NCBI GenBank assembly: GCA_045600405.1 | Contig: JAZRXV010000142.1 | Location: forward strand, 15,261-79,260 | Length of the DNA stretch: 64,000 nucleotides | Direction of reading: 5' to 3' | Source of the DNA: Candidatus Cryptobacteroides sp. | GTDB lineage: Bacteria > Bacteroidota > Bacteroidia > Bacteroidales > UBA932 | Shown here: positions 56,637 to 64,000 of the stretch, piece by piece | Layout: each line of letters starts with the position of its first letter | How positions within the stretch are numbered: position 1 is the stretch's first letter | Notes under the pieces: model-generated | The model's database searches: none | What the model was told of the DNA's origin: nothing | Seen by the model: only the letters and a program-made list of their open reading frames with translations | Position numbers and translations under genes: made by a program

Positions 56637-59111
56637 ATGCCTAAGTCATTATATGTAGATCCACAGGTCGTCAGACAGACCGGTGAAATCACTTTCAAAC
56701 CAATCCCTGTCTGCCAGTACAACAAATCCGTAAAGGATGAACTTGCCGAAGGCAATTTCACCAAGGATGACATTCTCCGCATCTACCGCGACATGTTTGT
56801 GATCCGTGAGTTCGAAACCATGCTCAACCTTGTCAAGACCACCGGTGGATACAACGGAACAGAGTACAACAACCCGGGCCCTGCCCACCTTTCAGCCGGT
56901 CAGGAAGCCGCCGCTGTCGGTATGGCCTATGCACTTGATACCGATGACTTCATCTTCGGTTCCCACCGTTCGCATGGTGAGATTCTGGCAAAGGGACTCC
57001 GTTCAATCCAGATTCTCCCTGATGACGAACTCGAGAAGATAATGAACGAGTTCTGGGGCGGCGCTACTGTAGCAGTCGCAAAGAAGGGATTCACCGGCAC
57101 CACCAAGGAACTCGGCGTCCGTTTCCTTCTCTATGGTGCAATGGCGGAAATCTTTGCACGCGTGACCGGTTTCAACAAAGGTCTCGGCGGATCAATGCAT
57201 ACTTTCTTCACTCCATTCGGTATCTATCCGAATAATGCAATCGTAGGTGGTTCGGGATCCATTGCAGTAGGTGCCGCACTTTATAAGAAGGTCAATCGCA
57301 AGAAGGGTATCGTCGTTGCCAATCTCGGTGACGGTGCCATGGGCCGCGGCCCTGTGCTCGAAGGTATGACCTTCGCATCGATGGACCAGTTCCATACCCT
57401 TTGGGAGGGTGATATGAAGGGTGGCCTTCCTGTCCTGTTCAATATCATGAACAACCAGTACGCTATGGGTGGACAGACCCGCGGCGAGACCATGGGCTAT
57501 GATTTCGCAGCCCGTCTCGGTGCTGGGTTCAACCCTGACGAGATGCATGCAGAGCGCGTGGACGGTTACAATCCTCTTGCTGTCATCGACGCATTCCGCA
57601 GGAAGAAGGCTCTCCTTGAGAAGAAGGAGGGACCGGCCCTTCTCGATGTCGTGACATACCGCTACAGCGGCCACTCTCCAAGCGACCAGTCCTCATACCG
57701 TACCAAGGAAGAGATCGAGGCCTGGCTCAAGGAAGACTGCATCATTGCCTTTGGTGAGAAATTGAAAGCCGCAGGCCTTGCTGATGACGCTGCTCTCGAA
57801 GCTATCCAGAAATCTGTCAAGGACGTAATGTTCGACTGTTACAAGCTTGCCATCGATCCTGAACTCTCGCCTCGCATGGACCTTGTCAAGGACAACGAAC
57901 TTCTTGGTGACATGATGTTCTCCAACGGTAGCGTTGATTCCATGAGCGATGCCAAGCCTGACGTGCTTATGCCTCTTGAGGACAATCCTCGCGTCAAGCA
58001 GATCGCCGGCAAAGAGCGCTTCCATGTTGACAAGGACGGCAAGCCGGTCAGCAAGATGAAGACATTCAATATCCGCGACGGTATCTTCGAGGCCGTTGTG
58101 GACAGGTTCTACAAGGATGCTTCCCTCGTTGCATACGGTGAGGAGAACCGTGAATGGGGCGGTGCGTTCGCAGTTTACCGCGGACTTACCGAAGCGCTTC
58201 CATATCACCGTCTGTTCAACTCTCCTATTTCCGAGGCGGCCATCATAGGCACATCCATCGGATATGCCATGTGCGGTGGCCGTGTAATACCGGAAATCAT
58301 GTACTGCGACTTCCTCGGTTGCTGCGGAGACGAGATATTCAACCAGCTCCCTAAGTGGCAGGCTATGTCCGGCAATATCCTCAAGATGCCTGTTGTCGTA
58401 CGTGTATCCGTAGGTTCCAAGTACGGCGCACAGCATTCACAGGACTGGACGTCCCTCTGTACCCATATCCCGGGTCTCAAGGTCGTGTTCCCAGTCACTC
58501 CGTATGATGCCAAGGGTCTCATGAATGCAGCACTTCAGGGTACCGACCCTGTCATCTTCTTCGAGAGCCAGCGCATTTACGACATGGGTGAGAAGTTCCA
58601 TGAGGGCGGTGTGCCTGAGGGATATTATGAGATTCCTTTCGGTGAGCCTGATGTCAAGCGTCAGGGCAAGGATGTAACCTTCCTGACGATCGGAGCCACC
58701 CTTTACCGTGCTCTTGCCGCTGCAGACATGCTTAAGGAGAAATACGGCATGGAGGCAGAGGTGATAGACGCACGCACCATGGTACCGTTCAATTATGAGA
58801 AGGTCATCGAGTCAGTCAAGAAGACCGGACGTATCATCATAGCCGGTGACGCTACCGCACGCGGATCATTCCTCAACGATCTTGCTGCCAATATCACTGA
58901 TATGTGCTTCGATTATCTCGATGCCGCTCCTGTGGTGCTCGGTTCACGCAACTGGATTACGCCTTGCCATGAACTTGAGGCAGCGTTCTTCCCTCAGCCG
59001 GAATGGTTCCTTGATGCGATCAATGAGAAGATGGTCCCTCTCAAGGACTATACTCCTACCACCAACATGACGGCTGCACAGCAGGTGATCCGTTCAAAGA
59101 AGGGTATATAG
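56637..59111 (+). CDS. Fused E1 alpha/beta ThDP-dependent dehydrogenase (PDH/acetoin-dehydrogenase-like)
   Basis: GQEA, SHRSHG, GDGA...NNQY, YRYSGHS; beta part SPISEAAIIG, GAQHSQ, EVIDART. Confidence 0.88.
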   Translation: MPKSLYVDPQVVRQTGEITFKPIPVCQYNKSVKDELAEGNFTKDDILRIYRDMFVIREFETMLNLVKTTGGYNGTEYNNPGPAHLSAGQEAAAVGMAYALDTDDFIFGSHRSHGEILAKGLRSIQILPDDELEKIMNEFWGGATVAVAKKGFTGTTKELGVRFLLYGAMAEIFARVTGFNKGLGGSMHTFFTPFGIYPNNAIVGGSGSIAVGAALYKKVNRKKGIVVANLGDGAMGRGPVLEGMTFASMDQFHTLWEGDMKGGLPVLFNIMNNQYAMGGQTRGETMGYDFAARLGAGFNPDEMHAERVDGYNPLAVIDAFRRKKALLEKKEGPALLDVVTYRYSGHSPSDQSSYRTKEEIEAWLKEDCIIAFGEKLKAAGLADDAALEAIQKSVKDVMFDCYKLAIDPELSPRMDLVKDNELLGDMMFSNGSVDSMSDAKPDVLMPLEDNPRVKQIAGKERFHVDKDGKPVSKMKTFNIRDGIFEAVVDRFYKDASLVAYGEENREWGGAFAVYRGLTEALPYHRLFNSPISEAAIIGTSIGYAMCGGRVIPEIMYCDFLGCCGDEIFNQLPKWQAMSGNILKMPVVVRVSVGSKYGAQHSQDWTSLCTHIPGLKVVFPVTPYDAKGLMNAALQGTDPVIFFESQRIYDMGEKFHEGGVPEGYYEIPFGEPDVKRQGKDVTFLTIGATLYRALAAADMLKEKYGMEAEVIDARTMVPFNYEKVIESVKKTGRIIIAGDATARGSFLNDLAANITDMCFDYLDAAPVVLGSRNWITPCHELEAAFFPQPEWFLDAINEKMVPLKDYTPTTNMTAAQQVIRSKKGI

Positions 59112-59112
59112 T

Positions 59113-60207
59113 ATGAATATTCTCGACGTCAACGCACATCTCCACACTCCTTATTCCTTCAGCGCCTTCAACGATGTGCCGCAGGCACTCGACATGTCTG
59201 CTGAGGAAGGAGTGAAGGTAGTGGGTATCAACGATTTCTATTCGCTTGACGGATATGGACAGTGGAGTGAAGAGTGCGGCATGCGCCGCCTCTTCCCCCT
59301 TTTCAACATAGAGTTCATCTCCCTCAATGTCGAAGATCAGACCGCCGGCGTAAGGGTCAATGACCCTAACAATCCCGGCCGTACCTATCTCAGCGGAAAG
59401 GGACTGGCATATCCTGTGATACTCAAGGGTCAGGAAGCCGCCCGGCTCGCTGCAGTCAAGGCTGAATCCAATGCTCAGGTGGAGAAGATGTGCGGTAAGC
59501 TCAACGCCCATCTTGATGCCGTTGGAGCCGGATTCAACATCGATTTCGGCAAGGTCCGCGAAGAACTTACAAAGGGTTCCATCCGCGAAAGGCATCTCGC
59601 CAAGGCTCTCCGCCTTGCCGTGGAGGCCAACGTCAATACCGGTGTCGAGGCCTTCTATTCCCGTCTCTTCAGTGGTAAGGCTCTCAAGTCATCGCTTGAC
59701 AATCCGGCAGCCCTTGAGAATGAAATACGCGGCAACCTTCTGAAATCCGGTGGCGCGGCATTCGTTCCCGAGGATCCGTCAGCATTCCTTCCTATGCAGA
59801 CTGTCTGTGACATCATCAAGGCGGCAGGCGGTATTCCGACCTATCCTTTCCTGGCTGATGACGCCAAGGGATGTTTCACCGATTTCGAAGGAGATCTGCA
59901 GAAATGCGCGGACATACTCAAGCGGAGGGGAATCCATTCGGTAGAGTTTATTACAACCCGCAACACCACAGCCGTACTCGAACAGTACGCTTCCTATCTT
60001 GTGGATGAGGGTTTCGTGGTGACCTTCGGCTCGGAGCACAATACGCCTGCGCTTGAGCCGATAAAACTGCGTACACGGGATTGTGACCATTTGAGCGAAA
60101 AGCTCCGTGAGATCAATTATCGAGGAGCATGCTACGTTGCCGCCCATCAGGCCGGTCTCGACAGCGTTGACGCAGGTGATGAAATCATAACTAAAGCAAC
60201 CATATGA
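59113..60207 (+). CDS. PHP-domain-like metallo-hydrolase
   Basis: NAHLHTPYS, GINDFY, NIEF, GSEHN. Confidence 0.7.
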   Translation: MNILDVNAHLHTPYSFSAFNDVPQALDMSAEEGVKVVGINDFYSLDGYGQWSEECGMRRLFPLFNIEFISLNVEDQTAGVRVNDPNNPGRTYLSGKGLAYPVILKGQEAARLAAVKAESNAQVEKMCGKLNAHLDAVGAGFNIDFGKVREELTKGSIRERHLAKALRLAVEANVNTGVEAFYSRLFSGKALKSSLDNPAALENEIRGNLLKSGGAAFVPEDPSAFLPMQTVCDIIKAAGGIPTYPFLADDAKGCFTDFEGDLQKCADILKRRGIHSVEFITTRNTTAVLEQYASYLVDEGFVVTFGSEHNTPALEPIKLRTRDCDHLSEKLREINYRGACYVAAHQAGLDSVDAGDEIITKATI

Positions 60208-62162
60208 CTACACTGGAATCATTGATAGCCATTTCCCGCAAGTACGGGGCCGACCCGCGCTATGTAATCGCCGGCGGCGGCAACACTTCATGCAAGGATG
60301 ACAGGCATCTTTGGATAAAGGCCAGCGGCCATGCCCTGGCTTCCATAGACGAAGAAGGTTTTGCTGTCCTTGACAGGTCCCTCCTGAACATGATGGGGGA
60401 GAAGCAATACAGCAAGGATAGCGCAGAACGTGAGGCCCAGGTCAAGAATGACCTTGCAAATGCGAACCTTACGAAGGACAGACGCCCGTCCGTGGAGACA
60501 TCGCTCCACAACTGCATGGGTTATACCTTCGTAGTGCATACGCACCCCACTGCCGTCAATGCCCTGATGTGCTCTGCAGATGCACAGCAGGCATGTGCGG
60601 AGCTTTTCCCGGATGCACTTTATATTCCATACACGGATCCAGGCTATACACTTTTCAAGAAAGTATATGACAGGATCCGGGAATACAAGGCTGCTGCCGG
60701 CAAGGAGCCTCAGGTCATTTTCCTCCAGAACCATGGTATTTTCGTGGGAGCCGACTCCGTAGAGGAGATAGAGAAGATATATGATGAAGTATTCTCCAAA
60801 CTGGCAGCGAAGCTACCTGCAATCCCGGAAGGGGATAGCCCTGTTTGTGAATGTATTTCCGAGACTGTTCCGGCTATACGCTCCATCCTCAGCCGCAGCG
60901 GGCGCGGACTCAAGACCCTCAGGATTACCAGCAATGCCATTGTGGCTTCGTTTACGGAAAGCCGCGAAGCGTTCAAGGCTGTCTCCGTTCCTTTCTCCCC
61001 TGATGAGATTGTTTACTGCAAGTCGGAATATATCTATATCGATCCGAAGGATGCGGATGACCTCCTTAAACAGGCCGAGAAAAAGATTGAGGCATACGTC
61101 GAAAAGCGCGGCCATACTCCTAAGGTGATCCTCATAAAGGGAATAGGTCTTGTCGCTGTTGGCGATAACGCCAGGAATGCCGCCATTGTCACCGATGTGT
61201 TCACAGATGCCATGAAGATAGCGTATTCGTCAGCAGCCTTCGGTGGACCTCATCCGATGACAAAGCGCCAGATCGAATTCATAGACAACTGGGAGGTGGA
61301 GAATTACCGCCGCAAGGTCAGCGCTTCCAAGGCATGCGGACGTGTCGAGGGCAAGACCATCATAGTTACCGGCGCCGCTCAGGGGTTCGGTGAGGGGATA
61401 GCCCGCAACCTTGTGCTTCAGGGTGCGAACATCGTTGTCGCAGACCTCAATGAGGCGGTTGGGCAGAAGACAGCCGATTCCTTCAATGAAATCGCAGGAA
61501 ACAACAGGGCTATCTTCGTGAAGACCAACGTTGCCGACATGGAAAGCCTTCATAACCTCATGCGTCAGACCGTACTCAATTTCGGTGCTCTGGATGCATT
61601 CGTCAGCAATGCCGGCGTCCTCCGTGCAGGTGGACTGGAGGCCATGACTCCTGAGAATTTCGAGTTTGTCACGAACATCAACTATAAGGCTTATTTCTTC
61701 TGTGCGAAGGTGGCCAGCCATATAATGAAGATCGAGACATCTTATGATCCGGAGTATTTCGCCGACATTATCCAGGTCAATTCGAAGAGCGGTCTGCGTG
61801 GCTCAAAGGCTAATTTCGCATATGCCGGTGGAAAGTTCGGCGGTATAGGTCTCACCCAGTCCTTCGCCCTTGAACTCGCTCCGTTCCGTGTCAAGGTCAA
61901 CAGCATATGTCCGGGCAACTTCTATGACGGACCGCTCTGGAGCAATCCTGTCAACGGCCTGTTCATCCAGTACCTCGCAGCAGGCAAAGTGCCGGGAGCC
62001 AAGACTGTGGATGACGTCAAGACCTTCTATCTCAATCAGGTGCCTATGCACAAGGGATGCAACCCTGAAGATGTGACCAAGGCAATTCTTTATGCAATAG
62101 AGCAGACCGGCGAGACCGGACAGGCAATTCCTGTCACCGGAGGTCAGGTTATGCTTTCTTAA
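60204..62162 (+). CDS. Class II aldolase fused to an SDR (sorbitol-6-phosphate-dehydrogenase-like)
   Basis: GGGNTS, RPSVETSLH, HTHP, NHG; then TGAAQGFG, NAG, NSKSG, YAGGK. Confidence 0.88.
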   Translation: MTTLESLIAISRKYGADPRYVIAGGGNTSCKDDRHLWIKASGHALASIDEEGFAVLDRSLLNMMGEKQYSKDSAEREAQVKNDLANANLTKDRRPSVETSLHNCMGYTFVVHTHPTAVNALMCSADAQQACAELFPDALYIPYTDPGYTLFKKVYDRIREYKAAAGKEPQVIFLQNHGIFVGADSVEEIEKIYDEVFSKLAAKLPAIPEGDSPVCECISETVPAIRSILSRSGRGLKTLRITSNAIVASFTESREAFKAVSVPFSPDEIVYCKSEYIYIDPKDADDLLKQAEKKIEAYVEKRGHTPKVILIKGIGLVAVGDNARNAAIVTDVFTDAMKIAYSSAAFGGPHPMTKRQIEFIDNWEVENYRRKVSASKACGRVEGKTIIVTGAAQGFGEGIARNLVLQGANIVVADLNEAVGQKTADSFNEIAGNNRAIFVKTNVADMESLHNLMRQTVLNFGALDAFVSNAGVLRAGGLEAMTPENFEFVTNINYKAYFFCAKVASHIMKIETSYDPEYFADIIQVNSKSGLRGSKANFAYAGGKFGGIGLTQSFALELAPFRVKVNSICPGNFYDGPLWSNPVNGLFIQYLAAGKVPGAKTVDDVKTFYLNQVPMHKGCNPEDVTKAILYAIEQTGETGQAIPVTGGQVMLS

Positions 62163-62180
62163 TTTTTAAAAGACACCATC

Positions 62181-63446
62181 ATGAAAACCAAAGCAGTCAG
62201 ATTATACGGTAAAGAAGACCTCCGTCTCGAGGAATTCGAACTTCCACAGATCAAGGAAGACGAGATACTTGCCAAAGTGGTGAGCGACAGCATCTGCATG
62301 TCCTCATATAAATCATCACACCAGGGACCCGAGCATAAGAGGGTTCCTGATGACGTAGCCATCCATCCTACCATCATCGGTCACGAATTTGCGGGAGAGA
62401 TTGTTGAGGTCGGCAAGAAGTGGCAGGACAGTTTCAAACCTGGTGACAAGTTCTCCATCCAGCCTGCCCTTACATATGAGGGCGGTCCTGTCGGTGTGCT
62501 CAGTGCTCCGGGATACTCATATCAGTATATTGGCGGAGATGCCACCTATGTGGTCATTCCTCATGAAGTGATGGATCAGGGATGTCTGCTTCCATATAAT
62601 GGAGAGGGCTTTTATCCGGCATCGCTCAGCGAGCCGCTGTCCTGTGTCGTGGGCGCCATGCATGCCTGCTACCACACGACTCCGGGGTCTTATGTCCATT
62701 CCATGGAGATCAAGGATGGTGGCAGACTTGCACTCCTTGCCGGTGTAGGCCCTATGGGACTTGCATGTATCAATTATGTGCTTCACCGTGAAGACCGTCA
62801 TCCGGCCCTCTTCGTCGTCACTGATATAGATCAGGCGCGTCTGGACCGTGCGGCAAGCCTTTATACTAAGGAATTTGCCGCCAGCCGCGGCATCGACCTC
62901 AGGTATGTCAATACCAAGGATTGCGATGCGGTTGCCGAGCTCCGTGCAATCACAGGAGGGGAGGGATATGATGAGGTAGTGGTCATGGCACCTGTCCCGG
63001 CAGTAGTTGAGCAGGCCGATGCCATACTTGCCTTCGACGGCTGCCTCAATTTCTTCTCAGGTCCTTCAAAGTCCGATTTCAAGGCTCCGTTCAATTTCTA
63101 CAACGTGCACTATGCATCAACACATGTGGTCGGCACCAGCGGTGGCAATACGGACGACATGAAGGAAGCCCTCTATCTTATGGGCAAGGGAATGGATCCT
63201 GCAGGATTGGTGACCCATATCGGAGGCCTGAACGCCGTGATAGACACGACACTCAACCTTCCTTCCATTCCGGGTGGTAAGAAACTCATTTATACACACA
63301 TCGACCTTCCTCTCACTGCGATAGCGGATTTTGCGGTGCTCGGAAAGACCGATCCTATGTTCGCTGAACTCGCCAGACTCTGTGCAGCCCATAATGGTCT
63401 ATGGAATGTAGAAGCTGAGAATTACCTGCTCAATTATAAAAAATAA
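62181..63446 (+). CDS. L-sorbose-1-phosphate-reductase-like Zn-dependent dehydrogenase
   Basis: RLYGKEDLRLE, DSICMSSYK, IIGHEF, EPLSC, GPMG, GTSGG. Confidence 0.82.
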   Translation: MKTKAVRLYGKEDLRLEEFELPQIKEDEILAKVVSDSICMSSYKSSHQGPEHKRVPDDVAIHPTIIGHEFAGEIVEVGKKWQDSFKPGDKFSIQPALTYEGGPVGVLSAPGYSYQYIGGDATYVVIPHEVMDQGCLLPYNGEGFYPASLSEPLSCVVGAMHACYHTTPGSYVHSMEIKDGGRLALLAGVGPMGLACINYVLHREDRHPALFVVTDIDQARLDRAASLYTKEFAASRGIDLRYVNTKDCDAVAELRAITGGEGYDEVVVMAPVPAVVEQADAILAFDGCLNFFSGPSKSDFKAPFNFYNVHYASTHVVGTSGGNTDDMKEALYLMGKGMDPAGLVTHIGGLNAVIDTTLNLPSIPGGKKLIYTHIDLPLTAIADFAVLGKTDPMFAELARLCAAHNGLWNVEAENYLLNYKK

Positions 63447-63450
63447 CGAT

Positions 63451-64000
63451 ATGACCCCAACCAACTACCTTGCAGTGGATCTTGGAGCCACCAGCGGACG
63501 CACCATTATTGCCTCCTATGACGGAGACAAGGTCGAGATGAACGAGTTCACACGTTTCAAGAACCCTATCATCCAGACCGGCGGCCACATGTTCTGGGAT
63601 CTCCCGCATCTGTATGACGAGATCATCATCGCTCTCAAGAAAGTCGCATCCGAAGGTATCAAGATTGACTCCATCGGTATCGATACCTGGGGAGTGGACT
63701 TTGCCTTCTTCGGCAAGGACGGCCAGCTGCTGGGCCTCCCTTATTGCTACAGGGACCCGCACACCGATGGCGCCATCGACCGCTATTGCACCGAACATGA
63801 CAAGCGCGGTGTGTATGAGCGCACCGGTATCCAGTTCATGGATATCAACTCGCTTTTCCAGCTGGACACCCTCAAAAGGGAGAATTGCGAGGCCCTGAAG
63901 CATGCGGACAAGATACTCTTCACGCCTGATGCCCTTATCTATATGCTGACCGGCAAGGCAATATGCGAGTATACCATAGCTTCAACTTCCCAGATTCTCA
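63451..64000 (+). CDS. Rhamnulokinase-like FGGY kinase (runs off the window end)
   Basis: Manual translation MTPTNYLAVDLGATSGR...SIGIDTWGVDF...YRDPHT...TGIQFMDINSLFQL. Confidence 0.88.
   Translation, partial: MTPTNYLAVDLGATSGRTIIASYDGDKVEMNEFTRFKNPIIQTGGHMFWDLPHLYDEIIIALKKVASEGIKIDSIGIDTWGVDFAFFGKDGQLLGLPYCYRDPHTDGAIDRYCTEHDKRGVYERTGIQFMDINSLFQLDTLKRENCEALKHADKILFTPDALIYMLTGKAICEYTIASTSQIL

Overview
Chromosomal window from a Bacteroidales bacterium. The assignment is inferred from repeated TAnnTTTG -7 promoter motifs, AT-rich non-Shine-Dalgarno start contexts, DUF3276-nusB-yajC-ybbR-coaE synteny and a NagB/PIG-L fusion. 1-9170 is the distal end of a mosaic surface-polysaccharide locus (epimerase, DUF4422, LicD, GT2, nucleotidyltransferase, YjbH, DegT aminotransferase, priming sugar transferase). 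Its tail is decayed: an aminotransferase relic, an unannotated 46-aa mini-rubredoxin, two REP-derived 24-bp arrays and a truncated WecA/MraY gene. It also holds an HTH plus BECR/LPD3-like protein paired with a convergent, apparently pseudoknotted small RNA that has its own promoter and terminator. 9.2-47 kb is mostly housekeeping: purine salvage, nusB, yajC, a coaE-DUF5606 fusion, rimO, lysC-lysA, cstA, a Gfo/Idh/MocA + DUF1080 pair, asd, thrA, nadE, RNase P RNA, glutaminyl cyclase, a second candidate sRNA, trmD, yidC, nagB-like, lpxB, surE, gap, pssA, rlmI, aquaporin and metX. 47-53 kb encodes a catalytically degenerate LeuA coupled to a TIM-barrel/acyl-CoA synthetase fusion, next to a Na+/solute symporter. 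53-64 kb is an operon divergent from an AraC gene, joining a lipoate-dependent dehydrogenase complex (E2, E3, fused E1) to ketose-phosphate enzymes for an unknown sugar. All calls come from reading motifs by eye; no database searches were run.
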